In this document: positions 29,140 to 37,198 of the stretch, in pieces | How the letters are laid out: each line of letters begins with the position of its first letter | Numbering within the stretch: position 1 is the first letter of the stretch | DNA from: a virus | Lineage: Duplodnaviria > Heunggongvirae > Uroviricota > Caudoviricetes | Length of the DNA: 37,198 nucleotides | Strand: one strand, 5' to 3' | IMG/VR virus record: IMGVR_UViG_2778261644_000010 | The notes under the pieces: model-generated | Database searches by the model: none | What the model was told of the DNA's origin: nothing | The model's input: only the letters and a program-made list of their open reading frames with translations | Position numbers and translations under genes: made by a program

Positions 29140-30235
29140 ACGGCTGCGTGATGAATCAATTGCTCATGCAGTCTGGATATCCCGCTATAGCACTGGCGTG
29201 GCTGCCAGAATGGTGAAAATACTGAATGACAGCGATGCGGAACTTACTGCTCGCCTGCTGATAGCACTGGACAGCCTCGATCCAGGTAGTTTTACCGTTA
29301 AGCGCCTGGAGTCACTTCTGGCGAGCGTCAGAGAGGTTAACCGCACTGCTATTAACAGCATGTTTACCAGTCTCTCCGGAGAGCTGAACGAGCTGGCAAT
29401 TTATGAGGCTGGTTATCAGTTAAGTCTGTTTGATTCTATGCTACCTGATTTTGTTGCTGATGTTCACCCTCTGGTTGGTATCTCTCCTGATGCACTTTAT
29501 GCCGCTGCAATGGCGCGACCATTCCAGGGACGACTGCTCAGTGAGTGGGCCTCAGATCTTGAGGCGGATCGGCTCAGACGCATAACAAATACAGTGCGTC
29601 AGGGTTTTTTGCTGGGGGATACCAATGAGCAGATCGCAAGAAAAATTCGGGGACATGTCAGTAAGGGATTTCAGGATGGTGCATTGCAGATGAGCCGGGC
29701 TAATGCGGCCAGCATTGCAAAAACAGCGGTTGGACATCTTGCTGCTACTGCCCGTGAGAGTTTTGCCAGCGCGAATAATGATTTGATTAAGGGTAAGCAA
29801 TGGTTATCAACGCTTGATAATCGTACTACGCCACAATGTCGAATCAGGGATCGCCTCAAATATACGCTGAATAATAAACCTGTAGGTCACAGCGTGCCTT
29901 ATTTGCAGGGGCCGGGAAAAATTCATTTCTGCTGCCGCTCAACGGAAACGTTCATTCTGAAATCAGCGAAGGAACTGGGTATTGATGTTCGCGATATTTC
30001 CCCGGCTGAGCGGGCCAGCATGGATGGCGTGGTGGCCGGAGATACAACCTACAGGGAATGGTTTTTGCGTCAGCCTTACACCAGACAAAAACAGATTGTG
30101 GGGGAAACCCGAGCAAAGCTGATTCGGGATGGTGGTATGTCGCCAGATGAATTTTACACCGATAAAGGCGAATGGCTGACGCTGAAGCAGCTCCGTGAGC
30201 GTGATGCACAGGTATTCAGAAAAGCAGGGATTTAA
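29120..30235 (+). CDS. Head morphogenesis protein (Mu F / SPP1 gp7-like minor head protein)
   Basis: 371-aa ORF after the portal gene with segments that look like the minor-head morphogenesis family (WLSTLDNRTTPQCR, HFCCRS). Family call is by position and recollection. Confidence 0.65.
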   Translation: MMQTVNERLRDESIAHAVWISRYSTGVAARMVKILNDSDAELTARLLIALDSLDPGSFTVKRLESLLASVREVNRTAINSMFTSLSGELNELAIYEAGYQLSLFDSMLPDFVADVHPLVGISPDALYAAAMARPFQGRLLSEWASDLEADRLRRITNTVRQGFLLGDTNEQIARKIRGHVSKGFQDGALQMSRANAASIAKTAVGHLAATARESFASANNDLIKGKQWLSTLDNRTTPQCRIRDRLKYTLNNKPVGHSVPYLQGPGKIHFCCRSTETFILKSAKELGIDVRDISPAERASMDGVVAGDTTYREWFLRQPYTRQKQIVGETRAKLIRDGGMSPDEFYTDKGEWLTLKQLRERDAQVFRKAGI

Positions 30236-30254
30236 ATAAATCATTTATTACAAC

Positions 30255-30280
30255 AGGCTACCTTCGGGTGGCCTTTTTTA
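30255..30280 (+). terminator. Intrinsic terminator-like hairpin after the head morphogenesis gene
   Basis: AGGCTACC / GGTGGCCT stem (one G-U pair) with a TTCG loop, followed by TTTTTTATT. Confidence 0.45.
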
Positions 30281-30339
30281 TTGCTGCGATCCGGATGGTG
30301 AGCAGCGTAACTGTCGGAAGACTTAAACCAGGTACTAAT

Positions 30340-31104
30340 ATGAAACTGAAAACGGTCGAGATTAACGGAAAACAATACGCAGAAATTGATACTGCTGGCC
30401 TGCCAGTTTATGTGCACGACGATGGTAAAGAAATTGGCTTCGATGCACCGCTGGCGACAAAAAAAATTACAGAGCTTAATGGCGAGGCAAAAAATCATCG
30501 CCTGGCTAAAGAAGCTGCAGAGGAAAAACTGGCTAAGTTTGCCGCGATCGAAGACCCGAAGAAGGCGATCGAGGCACTGGAAATGCTGTCAAAAATCGAC
30601 CAGAAAAAGCTGCTCGATGCGGGACAGGTTGACCAGGTTAAGGCAGAAATTACGAAAAATTTTCAGCAGCAATTAGATGAAGAAAAGCAACGCTCTCAGA
30701 TGCTGGAGAAGCAGCTTTACGATTCTATGATTGGCGGTAGTTTTGCGGGTTCAAAATATATTGCCGATAAAATTGCGATCCCGGCAGATTTATTACAAGC
30801 CCGCTTCGGGCAGGCATTCAAAGTGGAAGAAGGGAGGATCGTTGCTTATGACGCTTCCGGCAACAAAATTTATTCCCGCGCGAAGCCTGGCGAACTGGCG
30901 CAGTTTGATGAGGCGCTGGAGTTCCTTGTCGAAAATTACCCTCAGAAAGACTACATCCTGAAAGCCAGTGGCAACAATGGCGGCGGCTCCCGTCCGACAC
31001 AGCATGATATTGGTCAGAAAACGATGAAACGCTCTGCTTTTGATGCACTGGATGTTGCAGGTAAGCAAAACGCATTGAAAGACGGTATCACAATCGTTGA
31101 TTAA
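30340..31104 (+). CDS. Putative scaffolding protein
   Basis: 254-aa product from MKLKTVEINGKQYAEI. Charged, helical and coiled-coil-like, sitting between the head morphogenesis and major capsid genes. Confidence 0.55.
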   Translation: MKLKTVEINGKQYAEIDTAGLPVYVHDDGKEIGFDAPLATKKITELNGEAKNHRLAKEAAEEKLAKFAAIEDPKKAIEALEMLSKIDQKKLLDAGQVDQVKAEITKNFQQQLDEEKQRSQMLEKQLYDSMIGGSFAGSKYIADKIAIPADLLQARFGQAFKVEEGRIVAYDASGNKIYSRAKPGELAQFDEALEFLVENYPQKDYILKASGNNGGGSRPTQHDIGQKTMKRSAFDALDVAGKQNALKDGITIVD

Positions 31105-31202
31105 CACATTTGTCAGCTTCCGGATGGGAGCTGGTGTCAGGGCTGGATAGCTCATTACTCCATCTATTCACAATTACGCAAATTTTTAAGGAATATTTAA
31201 TT

Positions 31203-32342
31203 ATGGCTGGAAATACCCTGACCGGGTTGATCCCGACTATTTATACCGCCCTGGATGTTGTATCCCGTGAGCAGGTAGGTTTTATCCCTGCGGTAGCAAA
31301 AAACGCAAAAGCTGACGCCGCAGCAAAAGATCAGACGGTAACCGCGCCAGTTGCGCCTGAGGCGAAAACCGAAGATATCGTACCGGGGCCGTCAGCTCCG
31401 AATACCGGTGATCAAAATATTGGCACTGTTGATGTAAAAATTACTAAATCCAAAATGGCACCGGTTAAATGGAATGGTGAAGAACAACTGGCTCTTGGCC
31501 CTTCAGGGACTTACAACACCATTCTGGCTGATCAGTTCAAGCAGGCTTTTCGCGCCCTTGCAAACGAGGTTGAGGCTGATCTTGGTGCGTTGTATTTCGG
31601 TGCTTCCCGCGCCGTGGGAACCGCAGGGACAACGCCGTTTGGTGTTAAAGATGATCTTTCTGATGCTGCTCTGGCTCGTCAGGTTCTGGAGGATAACGGC
31701 GCACCGACAACCGATCTGCAGATGGTGCTTGGCTCCACTGCCATTGCTAATTTGCGCGGAAAACAGTCTGTATTGTTTAAAGTGAATGAATCCGGCACTG
31801 AACAGCTACTGCGTGAGGGCGTGTTGGGGCGTCTGGAGGGATTCAATATTCACAGTTCGGCAGGTGTGAAACGAGCGCCAAAGGTTGCTGCAACTGGTTA
31901 TCTCGTGAATGGAGAGAAAAAAGAAGGCGATGTTCTTATTTCCATTGATACTGGTTCGGGGAGTATTTCTGCAGGTCAGATTGTTACGTTCGCTGGTGAT
32001 CCGAATCAGTATGTTGTGGCAGCAGCGACCAGCAATCTGATTACTCTTGCAGCGCCCGGACTGCGTCAGGATCTGGCCGATGATACTGCCATCACAGTTG
32101 TTGGGGCCTTTACTGCAAATATGGCGTTTGATCGCAACGCGTTTCTGCTGGCATCCCGTACTCCGGCAATGCCGGAAGGTGGCGATAATGCTGATGATGT
32201 AATGAATGTTACGGACCCGATTTCAGGGATTACGTTCCAGATTGCACTGTATCGTCAGTATCGCCAGGTGCGCTATGAAGTTGGACTGGCATGGGGTGTT
32301 TCATCAGTGAAGCCGGCACATGGTTGTCTGATTCTTGGTTAA
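31203..32342 (+). CDS. Major capsid protein
   Basis: 379-aa product from MAGNTLTGLIPTIYTALDVV, followed by a strong intrinsic terminator. Called by position after the scaffold gene. Confidence 0.65.
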   Translation: MAGNTLTGLIPTIYTALDVVSREQVGFIPAVAKNAKADAAAKDQTVTAPVAPEAKTEDIVPGPSAPNTGDQNIGTVDVKITKSKMAPVKWNGEEQLALGPSGTYNTILADQFKQAFRALANEVEADLGALYFGASRAVGTAGTTPFGVKDDLSDAALARQVLEDNGAPTTDLQMVLGSTAIANLRGKQSVLFKVNESGTEQLLREGVLGRLEGFNIHSSAGVKRAPKVAATGYLVNGEKKEGDVLISIDTGSGSISAGQIVTFAGDPNQYVVAAATSNLITLAAPGLRQDLADDTAITVVGAFTANMAFDRNAFLLASRTPAMPEGGDNADDVMNVTDPISGITFQIALYRQYRQVRYEVGLAWGVSSVKPAHGCLILG

Positions 32343-32352
32343 ACATTCAAAC

Positions 32353-32372
32353 GGGGCTTCGGCCCCATTTTT
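32353..32372 (+). terminator. Intrinsic terminator after the major capsid gene
   Basis: GGGGC-TTCG-GCCCC hairpin (32353-32366) followed by ATTTTT. Confidence 0.6.
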
Positions 32373-32384
32373 AATGGGGGGCAT

Positions 32385-32561
32385 ATGGCCGGATTAACTA
32401 AAGAGCAAAGAGCACAGCGTGAAGCCGCACAAAAAACGCAAATTGAGTTAGTGGTTATGGTGACCGATTATCAGATGTTTCCCGGCGCACCAACTATCGC
32501 TAATGTTCATCCTGATGAAGTTGACAACTGGAAGGCTATGGGCTGGAAAACTCAGGAGTAA
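32385..32561 (+). CDS. Small hypothetical protein (58 aa)
   Basis: Hand-translated ORF below the track cut-off: MAGLTKEQRAQREAAQKTQIELVVMVTDYQMFPGAPTIANVHPDEVDNWKAMGWKTQE. Sits between the capsid terminator and the next head gene. Confidence 0.4.
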   Translation: MAGLTKEQRAQREAAQKTQIELVVMVTDYQMFPGAPTIANVHPDEVDNWKAMGWKTQE

Positions 32562-32564
32562 CAC

Positions 32565-32960
32565 ATGATCACTTACGTGACCTGTGATGACGTTGATAAT
32601 GCGTTTGGGAACGCCTGGACGAGTGAGAACGCTAAAAATAAAGCTGTTTTAATGGCTAATGCCTGGCTTAATGGCTTCAACCTGAAAATTAACCCATCCC
32701 GTATTCCGGAAGAGGTAAAACTTGCGGGAGCATATGCAGCCAGAATTGCCTCATTCGGTAAGTTGTTTCAGCAGAAAAATGATTCTGGCGTTGTTATCAG
32801 TAAAGCCGTGTCGGCTGACGGGGTCAGTGTATCGAAATCATTTTCTGAGTTGCCAGCAAACAGCACTGCATTGCTTGAACCCGATTTACAGCTTGCGATA
32901 GCACTGCTGAAACCGTACGGACTTAGTCGCTCACAAGTCAGGGTTGTGAGGGGGGGATAA
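32565..32960 (+). CDS. Putative head-tail connector / head completion protein
   Basis: 131-aa ORF, first of four tightly packed small ORFs (about 126-131 aa) between capsid and tail tube genes. Confidence 0.45.
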   Translation: MITYVTCDDVDNAFGNAWTSENAKNKAVLMANAWLNGFNLKINPSRIPEEVKLAGAYAARIASFGKLFQQKNDSGVVISKAVSADGVSVSKSFSELPANSTALLEPDLQLAIALLKPYGLSRSQVRVVRGG

Positions 32961-33343
32961 TGGGGCTTCGTGAAGAGATTCAGTCAGAGGTTGCCGCTGC
33001 TTTTGATGAGGATTTAGCGGACGCCGTGAGTGATTTTTCTGGTTCTTACGTTACGCACCGGCACTGGGATCCTGTGACGGAAACTGGCGGCGAATCCACC
33101 GCAATCTATACCGGGCGAGGCGTGTTGACACGTTATAAGCTGGGCAGAATTGATGGGATTAATATTTTGCATGGTGACCTTAAATTAACCGCTCTGGTAT
33201 GCGAGGTTACGAATAAACCAGCTGTCGACCATATTATTGAGATTTATGATCCTGTATCAAGGCAGTTACAACGATACGAGGTAATTACAGCAAGTGTAGA
33301 TCCTTCCGCATCAGTTTACTCTATCCAGTTAAGGAGAGCGTAA
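32960..33343 (+). CDS. Putative head-tail joining protein
   Basis: 127-aa ORF whose start overlaps the preceding stop. Called by position only. Confidence 0.45.
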   Translation: MGLREEIQSEVAAAFDEDLADAVSDFSGSYVTHRHWDPVTETGGESTAIYTGRGVLTRYKLGRIDGINILHGDLKLTALVCEVTNKPAVDHIIEIYDPVSRQLQRYEVITASVDPSASVYSIQLRRA

Positions 33344-33724
33344 ATGGCAAAGGCATGGGATATAGAACCGTCAATATTTGCCGGGATGATTGAGGAAGAT
33401 GTAGGGCTGAAGATTCGCTACATCGCTATGCAGATTCTTACTGCTATTGATATTGCTGCTCCGGTTGATACCGGACGTTTCAGAAATAACAACCTGGTGT
33501 CGTTACAGCATCCCGATTTTGGTATATCTGATAACGTGGATCCGAACGGTACGATTGCTGTTCAGCGTGGGATCGGGGTTATTTCGAAAGCTGCAAATTA
33601 CGGGGTTATTTATATCCAGAATAACCTTCCTTATGCAGAGGCTCTTGAAAACGGTCATTCACAACAAGCGCCAACTGGCGTGTATGCCAACGCTTTTCAT
33701 GGTGTTTTACAGGCTTACAAATGA
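33344..33724 (+). CDS. Putative head-tail joining / tail completion protein
   Basis: 126-aa ORF contiguous with its neighbours. Called by position only. Confidence 0.45.
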   Translation: MAKAWDIEPSIFAGMIEEDVGLKIRYIAMQILTAIDIAAPVDTGRFRNNNLVSLQHPDFGISDNVDPNGTIAVQRGIGVISKAANYGVIYIQNNLPYAEALENGHSQQAPTGVYANAFHGVLQAYK

Positions 33725-34113
33725 AGTTTACTGAAATCAGAAATACGGTTATTTCCAGAATGACGGCACAGACGATTATTGATGGAAAAGACGTATTGTA
33801 TCCGAACGGGCCAACGTTCGATCCTTCCGGTAAGTTAATCTGGGCGCGGTTAAGTAATATTCCCGGGCAGGCTGGAGTTAATGAAATTGGCGCGGGGCCG
33901 GTTGTTTATCGCACGGGGATAATCATTATTCAGTTATTTGTCCCCGCAGGTTCTGGTTCAAAACTCATTACTGAGACAGCCGATAAATTGCGGGAACTGT
34001 TTGAGTTTCAGGATGACGATCGTCTCAGTTACCAGGCTGTTTCCTCAATAGCCGTTGGCGAAAAGAATGGCTGGTTCCAGCTTAATCTTCAAATTCCATA
34101 TCGCGCGCTCTAG
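33721..34113 (+). CDS. Putative tail completion protein
   Basis: 130-aa ORF with an ATGA overlap to the upstream gene, immediately before the tail tube gene. Confidence 0.45.
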   Translation: MKFTEIRNTVISRMTAQTIIDGKDVLYPNGPTFDPSGKLIWARLSNIPGQAGVNEIGAGPVVYRTGIIIIQLFVPAGSGSKLITETADKLRELFEFQDDDRLSYQAVSSIAVGEKNGWFQLNLQIPYRAL

Positions 34114-34139
34114 CGCAATTAATGACATAGGAGGCTCCT

Positions 34140-35102
34140 GTGAGTTCAGGTGCAAAGGTTATCTCGGCATTTATCCGGGAGACGGTTGCAGGCACTACGC
34201 CAGCAAGTGGTGACTGGAGTTTATTAAAACGCACAAGCTGGGGAGTAAAACCCACCCAGAATAAAGGCGAAAATAATGAGATTGGTGGCTCCCGGATGGC
34301 TCAGGGGGCGACGCCTGGCACTGTGGATGTCGGCGGTGATGTTGGTACCAAATTTCGCTGGGGTCAACATGATGATTTTCTTGCATCCTGTTTCGGCGCG
34401 GAATGGTCAGGCGATTCTCTGACAATGGGGAATGAGCGAATAACATTTTCTCTGGCGACCTATGCGTCCGATGTCGGAATTGCCTCTGTCGTCAGAGGAG
34501 CGCAGGTTGGCTCATGGAAAATGCAGATCCCTAACGACGGCGATATTACAGCGACCGTAACCTTTGCCGGACTGGACTGGGAATCAAAGGCCGATGATAC
34601 GAATTTTATCAAAGGCGAACCTGTGGATAGTGCAGGAAAGCTACGTTATTCGTTTAAGGAGGTTTCAGCAGTAAGCCTGAATGGTGTTGCCGGAGGTAAC
34701 GGTTTTTGTATCGACAGTTTTGATATTCAGTTCGATAACAAACTCCAGACACAGCGTTGTATCGGGACTGGCTCGCCTTATGCAGGAGCAAATATTCCGA
34801 CTACTTTTACACCGTCCGGTACGGTGACGCTTTCATGGTCTAAAGCCGCGTGGGAAATCTGGAGTAAAACACTGACTGGAGAAACAGTTCCGTTCAGCTT
34901 CACGCTTTCGAATGGAGAGGGGGCATACACTTTCAGTTTCCCGAAGGTTCAGGTGTCAGGTGAATGGCCTGATGGGGGTAATAGCGACATTATCCAGGTT
35001 CAATTGAGCATTACCGCAGCAGATGAAGCACCTACGATAACCAGAAAAAAAAATTCCCCGGCTGCCGTGATCGCAAAAGCCAGTGCTGAGGCGATTAGTT
35101 GA
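34140..35102 (+). CDS. Putative major tail (tube) protein
   Basis: 320-aa ORF with RBS GGAGG, directly upstream of the chaperone pair that carries the frameshift site. Confidence 0.6.
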   Translation: MSSGAKVISAFIRETVAGTTPASGDWSLLKRTSWGVKPTQNKGENNEIGGSRMAQGATPGTVDVGGDVGTKFRWGQHDDFLASCFGAEWSGDSLTMGNERITFSLATYASDVGIASVVRGAQVGSWKMQIPNDGDITATVTFAGLDWESKADDTNFIKGEPVDSAGKLRYSFKEVSAVSLNGVAGGNGFCIDSFDIQFDNKLQTQRCIGTGSPYAGANIPTTFTPSGTVTLSWSKAAWEIWSKTLTGETVPFSFTLSNGEGAYTFSFPKVQVSGEWPDGGNSDIIQVQLSITAADEAPTITRKKNSPAAVIAKASAEAIS

Positions 35103-35150
35103 TTTTCCGTTATTCCTCCTGTGGTACTGCCCTACAGGGGGACGCATTGA

Positions 35151-35612
35151 ATGAGGTTATGGATGTTTATTCTTAATCAGAAAATTATCATTGGTGGAGA
35201 ACGCTGGTTTACGCCAATGAAGGACTTAAAACCTGTAGACGGGTTAAAACTGTTGGTGGCAAGCAGCGATAACGATCAGTATCGCTCCCGTAATGCATTA
35301 ATCCGTCGCCACATTGAGAAAATGGATGCCAGTTTGCACGTCGGAACGAAGGAGTTTGATATTTCAAAGGTTTCCGAGGTGGATTCTGTTGATGATTTAC
35401 TCATTGATAATGCCGCTCGTTATCTGCTGAAAGACTGGAAAGGGGTTGGTGAACTGGTTAATGGTGTTGAGGTTGCACTGGAATATACGGCAGAACGAGG
35501 GATCGCGCTGCTTAAGCAGAATCCAGAGTTGTACTGGCAGATCCTTGCAGAAGCAGCCAGCATCGCCCAGGGTAAAGAGCAGCAGAAGCAGGATACGATA
35601 AAAAAGCCATAG
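35151..35612 (+). CDS. Tail assembly chaperone (G-like, zero-frame product)
   Basis: 153-aa ORF ending ...DTIKKP with the slippery heptamer A_AAA_AAG at 35600-35606, positioned between tail tube and tape measure genes. Confidence 0.65.
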   Translation: MRLWMFILNQKIIIGGERWFTPMKDLKPVDGLKLLVASSDNDQYRSRNALIRRHIEKMDASLHVGTKEFDISKVSEVDSVDDLLIDNAARYLLKDWKGVGELVNGVEVALEYTAERGIALLKQNPELYWQILAEAASIAQGKEQQKQDTIKKP

Positions 35613-35920
35613 CTGCCCAGCGGTGGTTATCGGAGTTCGGGGGAGAAAGGGGGGAAAAGGCAAGATGGAAGCGAGAAAAACTCAGGTTGCCACCGATACC
35701 GGAACCAGAAATAGACCCGGTGCTTAAGGAGTTGTTGTACGCCTATTCGGTAATATCCCGTGCCCGACGTTATGCTGGAATGGCTGGGGTGCCTTTGCCT
35801 TTATCTCTGACAGAGATAAATGAATATTTAGCCACTCATCCGGTATTGATTGAGCGCGATGAATTTGAAGCAGTGATCTTTGCACTGGATGACCAGTATT
35901 TTCAGGAGCAGTGTGTGTAG
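35151..35920 (+). other. Predicted -1 programmed frameshift fusion of the tail assembly chaperone (G-T-like)
   Basis: Slippery site A_AAA_AAG at 35600-35606. The -1 frame (codons from 35606) is open with no stop through to the downstream ORF ending at 35920. Both ORF frames were checked modulo 3 (frame 0 to frame 2). Confidence 0.6.
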
Positions 35921-36085
35921 TTGTTAATTACGTACACTCTGTTACAGAGATGTGATGGTGTCTTTAATTAAATCGATGATGCTCCTGGAGAAAAGCATTG
36001 CGTGGCCTCGTAATCGCTATATCTACTATTATGTCGCCTGAAACCCACTTCGCGGTGGTTTTTTTGTTGTCAGGAGTTTTAATAA

Positions 36086-37198
36086 ATGGCAGAGCAAACC
36101 TCGCGTCTCGCAATAATTATTGATAGCACTGGAGCGAAAAATAATGCTGACAATCTGACCTCCTCATTAGTCAAAATGACGCAGGCTGGGGAAACTGCTG
36201 CAAATAGCGCAGGGAAAGTGACTAAGGCAACAGAAGATGAGAAGAACGCGCTCGCAAAATTAAAAGCAGCTATTGATCCAGTTGGTGCCGCAATTGATAC
36301 TGTCGGTCGACGCTATTCTGAATTAAAGAAATTTTTCGATAAAGGGCTTATTGATAAAGAAGAATATGAATTTCTTGTCCGTAAACTTAATGAAACCACA
36401 GAGGAATTGAGCGGGGTTGCGCAAGCGCAGAGAGAAGCCGAGAAGGCCGGAAAACTTGCTGCCGCCCAGCAGGAAGCGCAGGCTCAGGCCTTTCAAAGAA
36501 TGCTGGACAAGATCGACCCTCTGGCTGCGGCGCTAAGAAATCTTGAACAACAGCATGATGAACTTAATGCTGCGTTTGCATCCGGGAAAATAAATGGTTC
36601 TCAGTTTGAGAATTATAGCCGAAAAATACAGGAAACACGGCGAGAGCTTACCGGAGAGGCTCAGGCAGAGCGAGAAGCAGCAAAAGCGCATGATGAACAG
36701 GTTGTTGCTTTGCAACGTCTGATTGCTCAACTTGATCCTGTCGGAACTGCTTTTAATCGTCTGGTAGAACAACAGAAACAGCTCAATGAAGCAAAAGCTA
36801 AGGGGATGCTTTCTCCTGAAATGTATGAGGAGCTTTCTGGAAAACTTCGTGCTATGCGGAGTGAGCTTGAGGTTACTCAATCACAATTAAGCAAAACCGG
36901 AATGTCGGCAAAACAAACGGCTTTTGCTATGCGCATGTTGCCTGCACAAATGACGGATATTGTTGTTGGGTTGTCCACTGGTCAGTCGCCATTTATGGTG
37001 TTAATGCAGCAGGGCGGCCAGCTAAAAGATATGTTCGGTGGGATTGGCCCGGCGATCAAAGGTGTAGGTTCTTATGTGCTGGGATTAATTAATCCTTTTA
37101 CCCTGGCCGCAGCAGCCGTTGGGGTCTTAGGACTGGCTTACTATAAAGGCTCTCAGGAGCAGGACGAATTTAATAAATCTCTTATTCTTACCGGATGA
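36086..37198 (+). CDS. Tail tape-measure-like protein (reaches window end)
   Basis: Follows the chaperone frameshift pair. Long helical, Ala/Gln/Glu-rich repeats (for example [39 protein letters not shown]) and a hydrophobic Gly-rich C-terminus. A TGA sits at 37196-37198, so this may be complete or the first part of a split tape measure. Confidence 0.6.

Noticed and set aside
35921-36085. Terminator-like hairpin (CCCAC...GTGG followed by a T-run) between the frameshift ORF and the tape measure gene
   Set aside because: The stem is short and imperfect and it lies inside an otherwise co-transcribed tail operon. It is more likely an attenuating structure or coincidence than a real terminator.
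36533-36880. Minus-strand 115-aa ORF inside the tape-measure-like gene
   Set aside because: Antisense to a long gene with a repetitive coiled-coil coding sequence. The product is low-complexity and has no RBS.
1-37198. CRISPR array or other regularly spaced direct repeats
   Set aside because: No repeat-spacer periodicity was seen anywhere in the window. The repeated motifs present are short operator-like palindromes and hairpins.

Overview
This window is an almost complete Rac-type lambdoid prophage of Escherichia coli, read from the integrase end into the tail genes. Assignments rest on reading the ORF translations, on synteny and on recalled protein sequences; no database search was run. 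Leftward (minus strand): intR, xis-like ydaQ, ydaC, ralR, recT, recE, racC, ydaE, kilR, then ydaF/ydaG and a CI-like repressor, with sieB on the plus strand. Rightward: Cro-like ydaS, ydaT, replication genes ydaU and DnaC-like ydaV, a YdaW-like protein, then a roughly 5 kb visibly AT-rich cargo island (about 11.76-16.84 kb). After it come nin-region genes, a putative Q antiterminator with a terminator, two lipoproteins resembling the TolA C-terminal domain, a phage-21-type lysis cassette (pinholin, SAR endolysin, Rz/Rz1), trkG, a ParB-like protein, terminase, portal, head and tail genes, a -1 frameshift site in the tail chaperone, and a tape-measure-like gene reaching the window end. The best candidate for an undescribed system is the cargo island: an orphan 675-aa ORF on the opposite strand, a divergent two-gene operon whose 282-aa product carries transglutaminase-like Cys/His/Asp motifs, a GC-rich inverted-repeat element between them, and a hok-like toxin. 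The tandem TolA-domain-III-like lipoproteins are the second strongest lead. No CRISPR array, rRNA or tRNA was seen.
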